A DNA stretch of 57,328 bases, taken from the NCBI GenBank assembly GCA_023231475.1, contig JALJEE010002142.1:1-57328 (forward strand), written 5' to 3'. A model generated the notes under the pieces. The model saw nothing but the letters and a program-made list of their open reading frames with translations. It searched no databases and had not been told where the DNA came from. This DNA comes from Seison nebaliae. Lineage: Eukaryota. Position 1 is the first letter of the stretch, and the number at the start of each line of letters is the position of its first letter. Made by a program: the position numbers and the translations under genes. Shown piece after piece: positions 10,938 to 24,972 of the stretch.

Positions 10938-13900
10938 ATGAATGAAAAAAGAATAAAAATTAATATCGACAATCTCTTCGCTGATTACGAGATCGATGGA
11001 GTGGAAGGAATTGCCGTGGGAATTGAGAAGGAGATCGAAGATTCTAAAAATAAACTACGACTATTAGTTGGGTTAGTGCTGAATAGAATTCTGATATTGA
11101 AGTCACTTCCCCAGTGAGAGATATCATAAGATAATCGAGACATCTGATAAAATGGAAGAATGTGTCGATTTAGTATGGGAAGTTTATATTCTCCTAAATT
11201 AATTTTGGTTAAGTAAAATTTTTAGTCTTTGAAACATTTGATGGAAATGTCGACAACTTATGAAATGTTGTCATCGTCGGAATGGTTTTTCTTTAATTTT
11301 TTGAAAATTTTTCGAATTAATCCTGTGAAGTGTAAAAGGTTATGATCGATGGTTGACATTGACTACAAAGAATGATCAGAAGAGTCGACAAAAAAAGAAC
11401 GATGACGAATTGATGTTCATTAAAATATCAAACGATTTCATTAAACATTTCCTACAATTAATTTACTCGTCTATCAATTCCAAAAATTTCCTTATTTCCA
11501 TCGAGTTATTAAATTTTCTTTTCAAAAAAAAAATGAATGTTAATTTTCAGATTTTATTTGATCGCTCGTCACATTTATATTCAGTTAACGATTCGGAAAG
11601 AGAGTTATGAGAAAAAAATGAAAGAAAATGAAGATTATGAAATGTTGAATCATTTTACGAATGATTCAATTTTAATTTATCAGAAAACGATTGTCCAAGT
11701 GAAAAATTCATTTTTATCGAAAGAATGTTGGAGATATTTGGTGGGAGAGAAAAGATATTGCCAATCGAAATTGACCGATTCAATAATCACTCTGATGATT
11801 TTGAAGAATATGAAGAAACGTAAATTGATTGAAATTTATTTGGAAATTAAATTTCTTATAATTAAACGAATGATCAAAATGAGATTGGAAGAAGGAAAAA
11901 TGATTAGAATAGAAGAGAAGAAAATGAATGAAGAAATTGAAGAAGAAAATTCAAATTTGAATGAATTAGTTGAAGAGATTACTGATAATTATTGGAAGAA
12001 TAACAGAATATTTATATTCTCATTAATTATTAATGAATTGTGTGATTCATTGAAAACTGTCGATCACATTAATCAGATTGATGATTCTCATGGAAATCTC
12101 AAGGAATTATTAGGAAAAATAAAAAATGATCATTTTCTTTTAAATAATACGATTGGAATCAATTCTCATATCTATTCACATAATCTCTTTCAATCCATTT
12201 ATCGACATAATCCTCAATCCATCATCAACGGAAGAAGAATAATTTTGGAGAATTTCCAGAAATTCTTAGAAGATTCTTCATTCGATTCATTCAATATCAG
12301 CAAATGGTTGAATGATGTTCTCTCTCTTTTGATCGACAATATCGATGGAATGTTGGGAAAAATTGAATCATTTGAAGAATTGTCAATTATCAATTTCCAA
12401 ATTTATTTTATGATAAAGAAAAATAATGGAAAAAACGAATTATTATGGAAGTTTTATAAGGAGAAATTTCTGGAAAAGTTTCAGGAGAGATTTCGTTTAC
12501 TTGTTCGAAATGAATATGATGAGATGACAAATGAAATTTTTGGAACGGTTACCGATTTTCGAGAATTGTTTAAGGAATTGAATGATCAGAAAAATTCAGT
12601 GGCTAACGAAAATTGTTTGTCGATAATTTGGTTGAAATATTCGTCAATATTAGTCGATTATGAATCGGCAAAATGTCTCGATAAGAAATCGCCAATTAAT
12701 GAGAAATATTTAACTATTTTCCCATCACTTTTATGGCAGTTTCATCGAATGAATGTTAGTGAAGGATCGTTTGAAAGGAAAGAAATTCAAATTCCTTCTA
12801 AAGTTTATGAGAAGATTATAGGAAAGCATCGATTGAAAGAAGGAGAATCATCCAAATATTTCAGTTCAAACGAATTAGAAACTAATGAAATAAAAAAGCG
12901 ATCGAGTAAGAATATCTTATTCGCTCAATTACCATCAATATGGAAGAGATTATTGTTGAGAGTTGAAAATAAAATGAATAATCTTATTTATCGATTACAA
13001 TCATCAATTCTTGTTCTATTTGGGAAAATTGATGAAACGATGAATGAATTGTCTGTGGAAAGGAATGAATATGAAATTATCAATTTCATTTCGAATATTT
13101 GGACATCAATCGTTTACGGAATATTACGAATGGAATTCCAAATATTCTTTGAAAAATTCTGTTCAAAATTCTTCGACGATTTTACGGAATTTCATTCATT
13201 GGAACAATTGTCATTCATTCAATTCTATCTCAATTTATTCGATGAGAGAATCATCGACATCTTTAACAATTGTCGATGTTTAAAGAGTTTTATGAATTTG
13301 TTAAATGAACGTCGATCAGTTATCGATAACAAATATTTCACTTCATTCCAATTGAGTCAATTGGACATAAGTCAATCGAAATCCATATATGGAATTGATC
13401 TAATAGAATTACATGAGAATTGGAAAAAATTGAAAAATGAATTCATTTCAAAAGGAAAAGGAAACTTCAAGAGAATATCAGGAAATCTTATCGATGATCA
13501 ATTGATATTGATGAATGAAGAATTATTGAAATTAGAATTATCAAATGACACGTCTAAATGGATTTCATTAATTTTACGATGGAATGAAACCATCATTAAT
13601 GATGACAATGAAAATGAGGATGGAGAAGAAAATAAAACGAGTGAATTGAAAATTTCAATTCCATATAATTTATCATTACCTTGGTTCCATTCATTATTCT
13701 CTTTAAGTCAAATGATCAATTCACAAATTCTTTATTCGATTCCTTCTTCCTTCTATCTAGAAGAGATAAAAAAGCAATTCATTTCAAAAATTATCATTCC
13801 AACATTCCAAAACATCTTATTAAATTCTTATCAAATTATCATGTTATTGATGAGAAATGAAAAGAATCTAGAAAAGAAAAAATCGAATAATAACTTTCCT

Positions 13901-14781
13901 CTCGTTCCAACGATTGAGAAAAGATTAATTCAACATTGGTTCGATTTACTTTATTTGCAGAAATTGTTTTGTTTGAAAAAAAATGAAGAAATAAAAGAAT
14001 TGATGAAATTTTTTGAGAATGGAATGCAAATTGATGATTATCGAAAGTTGAAGAAGAAATTGGAAGATAATTCTACAATCAATAAATATTTAGATAAATC
14101 ATTATTTATTGATGAGAATGATTTAGTTTTCATCAATGAACAAGACTCTCTCATTTTCTTTATCGATCCTCTTGATATGAACATCATGTTACAAGATATC
14201 TCATTAAATATAGATCGATTATTCGATTCTACCATCGTTAGTAAGAATCATTTTTAAATTATTTAAAATTTTTCTCTTTTTTTTAGAATTTATTTTCCAT
14301 TTTTAACGAAAATTCATGGAATAATTTACTTCAATCTCATCGATTTACTTCATCAAACACTTTAATAAAAATTGATGATACAAAATTGATATCTTCCTCA
14401 CCATGGCCCTTACCCGTCACAATGAAATGTGATGCAACAAACAAAGTTTTAACGGATTATGCAATTCATGTTAATACCACATTGGACAACATTTCCCATC
14501 GATATGGATATCATTCTCATCAATTCTATCCATATTTATTTGTGAATATTCCGGGGAGAATTTCATCGACAACAACGTTATCATCATCATTGAATATATA
14601 TGATTTGGAGAAGAAAGTTATTAATACTTCTCAAATTTATTTTTATAATAAATTTCTTCTTTCTATTTAGTTGAAAGTGAAAGATGAAATTGATACAACT
14701 CATTCGACAAATATTAATGATAATAAGAAGGAAAGTGAAGCTGATTCGTTTTATCATAAAATCATTTCTGCTTTCAATTAA
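10938..14781 (+). CDS. COG1: Conserved oligomeric Golgi complex subunit 1-like (Vps51/COG1 N-terminal domain), 7 exons
   Basis: Spliced N-terminus NLFADYEIDGVEGIAVGIEKEIEDSKNKLRLLVGERYHKIIETSD matches the COG1 LRxxVGERYxxxI signature, and FYLIARHIY follows. Long helical exon (track ORF 11537..14257), two further exons, stop at 14779-14781. Confidence 0.75.
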
Positions 14782-14918
14782 ATTTAAAAAACATTTTTTT
14801 CTTCTTTATCCAGACGGGAATTTTAAATAAATAATAATAATATTGTGAAAAAAAAAGATTATAAAAAATTATCAATTATGATTAACGTAAAATTGATAAT
14901 TGAATTAGTGAGAGAAGA

Positions 14919-17900
14919 TTAATTCAAATTAGTCAATGATAATAAACGGTCATTAATCATCTTAACGGTTCGATATGGATTGTATGATTTTGATAAAATT
15001 TCAGCAATTTCTTCTTTCTTTTTCTCATTTAATCGATTCCAAATATTATACAAATAATTGATATGAATAAATGATCGGTGATTAACTACCTGATTATCGA
15101 ATACCACATCAAACGGTGAAACTGTATGTTCTCCCATTTTACATTCTCCATCGAATGTTATATCATTATCATGTTTATTTTCAATTCGAATTGTTTGACC
15201 TTTCATATATTTTCGATAGTGATACATCGGTTTATTGATCGGTATATTTGCTTCAATGAATTGTTGGATGAATGTCAAAGTGATCATCTCATCAGAAGAG
15301 ATCGATGTCAGATATCCAATTTCACCACTCTCTGTTCCATAAAGTAATACATAATCTCCATTCTCTTCCGTATTACATTTAAATCTTTTCAATTTTGTTA
15401 TAACACTACCCAAATGTATCCGTCCCATCATTGTGCTGAAGTGAGAGAATATTCGAAGAAATTTTAAAAATAAGTTTTAAAAATAAATTTTAAAAATAAA
15501 TTTTAAAAATAAATTGAACTTTGAAGTAATATTCCAAATGAAAACATTTCCATTTGTATCAGTTATCATAATATTCTCCTTATTAATAAATTCCATCGCT
15601 TGACAATAATCCATTAATTTCACTTTCTTTAATATCACCAACTCATTCTCATCATTTCTCGACAATAAAGTTATCGCTAATAAAATTCCTCCAACAGCAA
15701 TTAATTCATCATTATAAGAGCAACAACACGTCACTTTAATATTTCCTAATCGATGGCTCGATTTTTTCACTAGCGATTTCGATTCGAATGCGACCAATGT
15801 TATCTAAATTACTAAAATAGAAAATGTTTAATAAATTTTATTTTAACTCTGTTAGATTCTAATACGATAATTGCATCTGCTAAATTATGAAGAAGAATGA
15901 TGCCATTATCGAACGGTATTTCTGTTAGTGTATCGAATTTCGCCTCTTAATAATTAGAAGAATAAATTTTTTCAATTAATTTTTTTTCAAATTAGTAAGT
16001 AGAAGAATGAAACCATGAGAAGCGAATGGTGGAGTTGCTTCGATTAATGTCAATCGAGATTTCGGAGATCGAATATGAGACAAATGACTTCCATCTTCTT
16101 GAATGTTGATAACCATATAATATTTTCTATCAATTATCCATCCACGAATATGTGCAGGAACGTGATTACGAGGTAATTTATAAGTAAATTTTGTTTTTCC
16201 TGTTTCACTTGAAACGAATGTACATCGACCGATATATTCGTTTTCATCCGATAGTGAATCATCGTTTCTTATCATATCGAAGGAGGTTAATGCTATTATT
16301 GACTCTTTTTCTTCTTTTCCGAAATATGTGAGTGTGTGATAGAATCGTGTTTTTAATAATTCATCGATACATAATTTCACTTTATATTGTGTAGTTCCGA
16401 TGAAAAGATGATTATTATTTGATGCGATGAATTTCGACGAATTCGGTATGAACTCCAATAAATCAATTGCATAAAGAGTGCATTTGACACTCTTCCGATC
16501 AGCAGTTAATGAATAAACACTTTGTTTATCGAAAAATAGAATTTCATCATTCTTCGCTTTTAATCGAACAATATTACACATTTCTTTCATTGATTCATGA
16601 TCGAAATAAATCATCGATTTATTATCGTTATCGAAGTAAATTTTCAAATAGAAAACCATTCGATTATCACATAACATAAATATAACATCATCAAATACCC
16701 ATTCGATCTCTTTGATTATTAGTGGAAATTCACATAAACTGTCAGGATTATACATTTTCACCAATTCCACAATAAATTCTTCCTTTTTAATTTCTTCATA
16801 ATTCTCATCAAGTTCCATTAAATTTCCATTATTCTCATTCAACTGTTCTGAATGATTTGACTCATCTTCATTCTCTTTCACATTATCAATTAAATTAATA
16901 ATTTCTAACAAAATTGAATTTTCATTTACATGTTCATCTTCTCTAACATCATTCTCATTATCATCAACAATATCATCATCTTCATTTACCACAGCATAAA
17001 AATGGATGATATGTGGAAATAAGACGAGAGAGAAATGTTCATTTTCATTTATCATTCTTACAGAAGCGGAAAGAATGGATTGATTGAATGTCTTCTCCCA
17101 AATGAAATCGAATTGACAATTGGACAAAGAAAGAATGGTAATTTTGAGATCTGCACAAATCAAAAATCGATCTTTTCTCATTTTCTTCACAATTATAATT
17201 CGTTCATTAAATTTGTGTTTGATTAATTTTATTCCATCTATCATCAAATAGAGAACGCCTTCATCATCCACAACAAACAAATGAGAATCATTTCCAATCT
17301 TCTCACAAAAGATGCACATTTTCCATTTAATTTCTTTCAACAACTTCTTGTAACCTTCTCTCTTCACTTCATCAATTTCACCATTGTTATCAAAATTAAC
17401 GATTCTGAAGAAAAAATAGTTTTTTTTTTCAGTTTGAAAATTTGAAAAGAAAACTTTGTGGAAATTTTTTGGTTGGAAGAGATGAGAGACAGAATTAATG
17501 TCAATATAAATGGATTTTCTCCATCGCCAATTTTCGAATAACATGTATCAATTAATTTCATTGAGAGAATTTTATCTGAATAAAAAATTATTGAATTTTC
17601 GTCAACTAAATGTGAAACCATCTTTTCGTAGAAAATCTTTGGCGTCACATAATTTTTCATAATATTTCTGCTGCTTCAACCGATATGGTCTTGATACATG
17701 ACTCATAGAGGACGAGAGAACATACCAATTGTCATGAACATTCGTTTTGAACTTAAACTTCTTCATCGAGTTATTATCATCCATATCAATGTGTGGTGAT
17801 TTTCGAAATGGTTTCAATTGATCGTATGTATTGATTAATTGAATTTCTTCAATTAATTCATTATGATATTTTTCATCGAATAATAAATTATAATTAGAAG

Positions 17901-19989
17901 AGTTCTCATTCACTTCGAATATGGACGCGTATGATTTAGAAATTCTCGTGAAATGTTCCTCGAGAATTGGAAGATTATCATCAGTGATGATATCATCAAT
18001 TGTTCCAATGAATGGGAATGATTGGATAACATAAACTTTTTTCTTATTAAAATTTTCAAGTGAAGAATAATCATATAAATTGGTAGTTTTTGAAGAATAA
18101 TAAGTATGTGAACATTTAATGGAATTGTTCAATTTTTGTCGATTCGCTTTCATTTTTAAATAATTATCGTTAAATTTGATGTCTTTATGAAATCGTTTTT
18201 CTTCTTCTTCCACTTCTTCAATATATTCCTTAAGATGGAATCTCCATAAACATTTGTTAGTTTCACATCGTTTTATGATCAGATGTTTCGTGGTTGCCAT
18301 TCCAATGAAAATATGATTTTCTGATAAACATTTAATATAATTGGGTGTTACTTTTGGTAATTGTCCATGAGAGTAGAGTTCAATAGTTTCATGCTTCTCC
18401 GAAAACTGATATTCGAACACAAAACCTGCATTGGTAATACCGAAAATTGAATGATACGTTTCGAATCTTTTCAGTTTCGAAACGATATCGACAGATTTCT
18501 GAAAAAAATTTCATAAATTAAAATATTTTTTTTCATAAAAATCAACCAGAAATGGTAATTTTATTTGTATTTTCGAATTGAAGTCATTTCCAAAAATTGT
18601 GAATAATATCATCGAATCGACAGTCCATCCGCAAATTATTCCATACATGTGCAACGTCGTTCCATGCCATGTTTTCGTCAACGGAAGAATTTTCATTCTT
18701 CCATAAGATAAGACATGTTCACTTCCTGTTGTAATATCGTCATGATAAACTAATGCACGAGATCCATTTACAAGATGGTATGATCCTTCTTCATCATTTT
18801 GATGAAGAAGACTCCAAGTCAATAATTGTAATTCTCTAAATAATAGAATTCTTCAATTTTCTTACACATCTTAATGACTAACCCACATACCAAACTGTTT
18901 AAATTGATATCGTTAGATGTAAGTAATTTTCCATCCGACGAATTTTTCGACAACTGGAGTGAAAAACATCGAACATAACTTGAATTATGAATTATTGTGT
19001 TTATTAAATATATGACATTGCGTCCTTCATACACATATTCAGTAGATGTTACACAATTCAATAATGGACGGTCATCATTGAGATAATTTTGTACCTGAAT
19101 TCATTATAAAATTGATTCAAATTATAAGAAATTTATTGTATGAAATTATCGAAAACAGCAAATTTCAAACTATTTTTTTTATAATATTTTCCAATTGTCT
19201 ATTTCCCATGAAATTTCTAACTTGAACGTTTAGAAAAAATTATGTTTCATTTATCTTAACTTATCATGTGTAAGTAAGTGATCATAATGTCCATCAAATT
19301 TTTTAAATATCACATAGAATTATTTTTAAATTGAATTAAAAATATAAAATTAACGAAGTGGGAAATTGTGATAAGTCGAAAAAGAAGATATAAAATCTGA
19401 AGAAATGTCATTCTCTTCTTCAAATGTGGTTTGGTTTACTATTGGAATTTATGATAAATTTAATCCTTCATCTCTCAATTGACTTTTTTAATCATATTTA
19501 ACGAGAATATTTCCTGTTTTCATAGACAAAACGAAAAAATAAGAAAAATAATATAAATTTAGCTGTTTTGGATTTTTCAGAAAGTCAAAAAAAATGAAAA
19601 TAATTAACCTGGAAATTATAATCTGAAATATGATAAAATTTGCCTTCCCACAATTGACGAATTATCACTTTCATTGGGGAAATTAACAAAAAAATGAGAA
19701 TTACATCGGATTCTGGATGATGGAGGACTGTCGCTCCACTAATCTTTCGATATAAGGGATCGGTTTCAATTAGATCATAAATATTATTCCAATCGAACAA
19801 ATATAATTCTAATCGATCATTTCGAATCAATAAGATTTTCTGACCTTCATTATCATTCTCACGCTTATTTTCAACTGGGAAAATAGATCGAATTAAATTA
19901 AAAAAATTAAAGACAAAATAAAACTAACTTGGATAGGCCCCAACAATGAATTGCCCCTTGACTAGTGGAGTTACGCAAAAGTTCACCAT
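14919..19989 (-). CDS. Highly divergent DDB1/SF3B3/CPSF1-family beta-propeller protein (closest in style to DDB1), multi-exon
   Basis: N-terminus MVNFCVTPL...KILLIRNDRLELY...LYRKI resembles DDB1; C-terminal VLLYGTESGEIGYLTSI resembles the CPSF_A-type domain. Most exons join through GTT-AG introns, but the structure at about 19260-19560 could not be resolved. Confidence 0.6.
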
Positions 19990-22900
19990 TTTTACAGCCA
20001 CCTTTTTAAAATTTAGAAGTTTTGAAATTTCACATTGATTTCCACATCCCATTTTTATCTAATGAAAGTGAGTACTTTTGTCGAATTTTATTAAGCCAAA
20101 AATGTTGTCAAATTCAACTCTTACAAATTAATAAAATGGACATTATTTTATTCATTAAAATCACTTTCAATTTTATAGAATTGTTTATTGAATTATATTA
20201 AATAAAGTTAAAATTATAAGAATTATATTATTAATATTCATTTTTTTAAATTCTGATCATACTTTACTTAACTTGGTAAATTGCGTTGAACTGGACAACA
20301 ATGGTAACTCAACATATTGTAATCCATTAAGTTCCAACTACGTGTTCCAATAGTTGTGCGTTTCTTTAGGTTTAAGTTTCTTTACGTACGTTAAGTGATG
20401 TCCATTCGTTAGAAATAAAAATTCTTCATGAATTGATCTTGGGGCATGAATTATTCGTTTAGAATTGAATGTTCTTCAATAAATATTAACAAGTATCGAT
20501 TTTTGTTAATCTACCAACAGTATTGATCGATGGCATGTCTTTTACTTATTCATTAATTAATTTAAATGAAATTCTGTAATGTTCATTGACATAAGTTAAC
20601 ACAGTTCATTAAACTTCACTTCTTCTCCCTCATCAAAGTCTTATTCGCCGAATTAAACTGTTGAAATGTCAGTTTGGAATATACAAAAAAATAACCAACT
20701 TAACTATCTTTTTTTTGATGATGTAGGTAAATGATGATGATGAATCATTCGATTTAATATAGATATAAATTGTTAGATTTATTTCCTCCAAAACATTTCC
20801 AGTGATAATGATACTTCTCTAAAATTAGTCTTGACTGAACAAGTTGAACTGCAAAAATAATAATAAATTAGAACAAAAATATTTTTTTCCAAATTTTTCT
20901 GAGTTCCGAATTAACTTTTCTAATTAGATATCACTCCTTATGTTTGATTCTTCCAATGAGGAAACTTCTTTTTTTCAAATCATATTAATTAAGTAGATTA
21001 GATGATATAGTGTTTCAAAGGAAAGTCAGATGCATATAATAAGCAGAGAAACAGATATGAATTGTTGTTTTTCTCTCCAAAATGAACATGTGAAGAACAA
21101 AAGAAAGGAAATGATGACTAATTCAACTTTACATTTCCATTAAGTAATCAGCTGTCTTCATTCAATGTTTGATAATCTTCCTTCTGTTTCTTACTAACAA
21201 ATACGATTTCGGAATATAATCATAGTAGCTGATGATGGCGTTCGTGGTAGTGATGGTGGTTTTTAGTGCGACAGAACTTCCTCAAAAGAGAATGTTTAAT
21301 TCCCCAGGCTGAAATTTATGATGGAATGATGTGCAAATCGATCACGATACGTAGCTACCGTACAAGAGATATGACTCTGAACTCATATTTTACATCATGT
21401 AAATGATTAGAGAAGGAAAATCAAAATGAATAATAGGAAGGCGAAAATGATGAATAAGAATGCATTATAGCATCATTACTTACTCCCCCTTAATCAAGGA
21501 TCACTACGTTAAGTTTCTATTATAATTCATTGTCTAACATTATGCTTACTCTTCCATTCCAAGAGATGCTTCCAATTATTTTACATCCAACGACAACATA
21601 TCGAGGACGGAATAACTCATGTACTGAACATTTATATATTTTCCTTTTTTTTTATTTCGTTCTTATTTGAGATTAGAAGACAACTCGAAGATAGGAAGGA
21701 TTTAGAGATTTCGATGAAAAGTAGTTTAGCGTAACTGAAAAAAATCTTCTTTTTCTTGTCTAGTCTCAACAGTGATGTTCTAATCGACACAATGTAAATA
21801 TGACATTATCACTTCCTTAATAGGATCACTGTCTTCTAAATTAATTCGACAACACCTTGATCCAACAACATCAGGACAAAACGCTTCTAAATGTGAAAGT
21901 AGACATTTACTGGAAGGAAATTTGGAAGGAAATAATTATGAAAGAAAAAAAAGTCGAATAATTTATATGTGAAAATTGGAGACTTATTTAAATAACTGTC
22001 ATAACTCTCCCCAGTCTCCAAAGGAAAGAAACCTAATTTTTGTGTTTAAAAGAAAAAAAGATTTCTCTACGATTTCCGCTTCCAATTAGATACAAGTGGT
22101 AGAAATCTGCGTAATTTATGTTCTACGCACCATTTCTATCTGTCTTCATTGTGTATGCATAATGAATATAGTGGGGGCGGAACTGATCCCGTCATCATAT
22201 GTGTGGCTATTGTATTTAACGAATGAATCGAAAGAAGTTTCCAGCCAATATGCTAAATCGACTGATTTTAAATTCATCTGAATTATAAATAAGTTTTTTT
22301 TACGTTGTGAAAAGAATAATTTCTCACATTTGATCATCTGATTGTTGCGGTTGATGTGAGAACAAGTCATGAATATTAATGGATGAATGATGTTAATCCT
22401 TTCTTTCCAATCGTCAATTAATCTGCATGCGATTTTCAGCTTCGCTGCTATCCATCAGGTGACTGTTGCATATCGTAATTATCGTCCATATAGAGAGTAA
22501 TGAAAAGAAAATAGACGATTCTAATCTAAATGAAATGATTGAAGGTTCTTTCGAGTTTCGATCATTTCTAGTTATCGATGTTTTTCATTGCCGATTTATA
22601 ATCGATAATAACCATGCTAAATGAAGAAGAACAAAAAAAAAATTTGACCGACCACAATTCACTTTCATCACCAATACAAAGTTTGTATGCTCAACATAGT
22701 TCAATTTGTTGAGTGTTCCATAATCTCCAAGTTGAGTGAATTGAAGGAGTTATTTCTTATCTTTTCACTACCGGTTCAACCAATTCATCTAAACCGTTGA
22801 ACTTCCTATCCGTTCATTTGTTTACATTGAAAGAACAATTTCCGAGTTTAGATTATCTCATTATCTCAATGATGACAACTGCTCATTCACAGTAGTTAGC

Positions 22901-23421
22901 ACAGTCAGATGTCACCTATTGTTTTGTATATTTTGTTTAATTCTTTAATAATTTTGTTCATTGGCAATATGTGTCGAATTCGCCACATAAAAAGAAAAAA
23001 TTGCTTTAATAGGAAAAATTTCCAATCCACAACTCCCACTTAAGTTAGTAATAAGACAAATAATCAACTGTTTTCTTAACAGAAATTCCAGTACCAAACC
23101 ACGAATTGTATTTTTCCTCTAGGGCTATTTCTTCTAGGTAAGGAGATCTGTAGGTAAAGACTCTTCTCTTTGTAATTAGGATACAATTTAATAAAAACAA
23201 TAAGAATTTAAGGAAACAAAAGAATCAGTGCCAAATTACGAAGAAAAAGGAGAAGAACTCAACTTTTTTCATTCTCTCCTTATGCTTCTGTGTGTGATAA
23301 TAATTGAAAATCAATAACTAAATAAATACACCTTCTTACCACGTTACCCCTTTTTTTAGCGTACACAACTTTTGATTTAGATATCTAATCTCTTCTCCCA
23401 ACAAATTCCTTGAATATTTTC

Positions 23422-23506
23422 TCGTTAAACACTTTGAGGTAGTGTGTAAGTTGCTTGTCAATTCTTAAACATTTTTTCGCAAATGCTTCAAACTTCCGTT
23501 TAATGA
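23422..23506 (+). ncRNA. Candidate let-7-family microRNA hairpin (mature 5p about 23435-23456)
   Basis: TGAGGTAGTGTGTAAGTTGCTT shares its first 9 nt with let-7. It pairs with 23466-23492 (about 17 pairs including G:U), and there is a 9-bp basal stem TCGTTAAAC/GTTTAATGA. Folded by hand only. Confidence 0.4.
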
Positions 23507-24917
23507 TTAGACAAACACATCTCCCTTGGACATTTCTCAAACTGAACAGGTTAAGTGGAACCACCTTCGATATCTTTCCTTGAATAGTATTAGAATATTC
23601 ATTTTTTTACGTTTCCTTCCTCCATCTCTGACGATTACTCGCGTATGTCCATCATTTCGGAAATTCTTCTCATCAAATTTTCTCAGATAAATTTTCTTCT
23701 CGTAATTTTTGATATTTTTCATTTTAGTTATTCACAAACATAATATTTGTTTTAACTGCATAAGATTGTTTATTGTTAAACGTAACGACACGCTCAATAA
23801 TTTTTTAAATTGAATAAAAAAATTATTCTTACGATTGAGACCATTAAAGATAAGAGGAAAATTATCGCACCGTTTTCTTTATTGGAATTAATAATTTGAA
23901 GAGTGAACAGTACAATCCATCACAAATCAAATTAAATATTTCACTGTGATTAAATGTGTTATTTGTTTATTTATTAGAATTCGCACTGGAAAATTCGTTT
24001 TCCGTTAAAACGGATTCTCCTTAAACTTTCCTTAAAATAACTTGAAATGAACGTGTGAAACAAATTAGCAGTTGTGCTCGAATATCACGAATGCACCATA
24101 TACATGATTCATTTCCCAACGTCAAATAAAAGAGAATCTTGAACATTTTTACGACATTTTTCGGCGAGAATCTATTCTGTATGTCACTCTCGTTTCATGT
24201 TGATTGAAAGTGGTATCCGGTTTTTTTTTCATTGTGGAATATGAATATTCTTCTAATGGAACTTCTTTAATTTTCACTTCGTTCCATCTAGTACATGATT
24301 TGATTACTAATTTTCACTTCGATTTTTACTTGGTCACATTGACATGTGCGACGATCTTGGAAGTATCTATTTCATATAAAACGACCTATAGATTAGTATG
24401 CTAATTTCTTATGTTTATCCATTTGTGGTGATTGAGAGGAGAATTCCTATTTCACACTACTATAGTGGTAGATCGAATAACTACCTTCTCCTCTTTCACC
24501 AAAGCAAAAATGGAAGACGATATTCAATTCATTAGAGACATGATCAAAATATGGTAATTGTTATTCCATTTCGAAAATGGAGAATTCAATGGAATATTTT
24601 CCAAGAAAATCTCCAATCTTCCGTTCACTGATTAATTTTAGATGTACGGAAACTTTTTTTAGTACACCATTCCTCCTCTTTCTCACTTTCCCCCATCTAT
24701 TCATATAAGATAAACGTTAAATTGGAATTTGATGATTATCGATATATCAACAAGCTGTCTATGTACATTTGAATTGTGACAAGAAGTTGTGAAAACGATA
24801 AGGCCAATTAAGGTGAATTTTTATTAAATAATTTCTTAGATAATCAATTGAATCATGATTTCAATCAATTTATAAGTGTACAAGAAGAATTATCTTCATT
24901 TCAAATATCGTCAATTT

Positions 24918-24972
24918 AGATATGTTTATTAGATTTGGTTTTCTTTTCTCCGATTTATTCATTAACGATCAA
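24918..24972 (+). ncRNA. Weak candidate mir-190-like microRNA
   Basis: AGATATGTTTATTAGATTTGGT (24918-24939) matches my recalled miR-190 sequence AGAUAUGUUUGAUAUAUUUGGU at 19/22 with the seed intact. The downstream arm pairs only with bulges and there is no good basal stem. Confidence 0.2.

Noticed and set aside
15461..15512. Tandem AAAATAAATTTTA-like repeats
   Set aside because: Local slippage expansion inside an intron of the DDB1-like gene; no sign of function.
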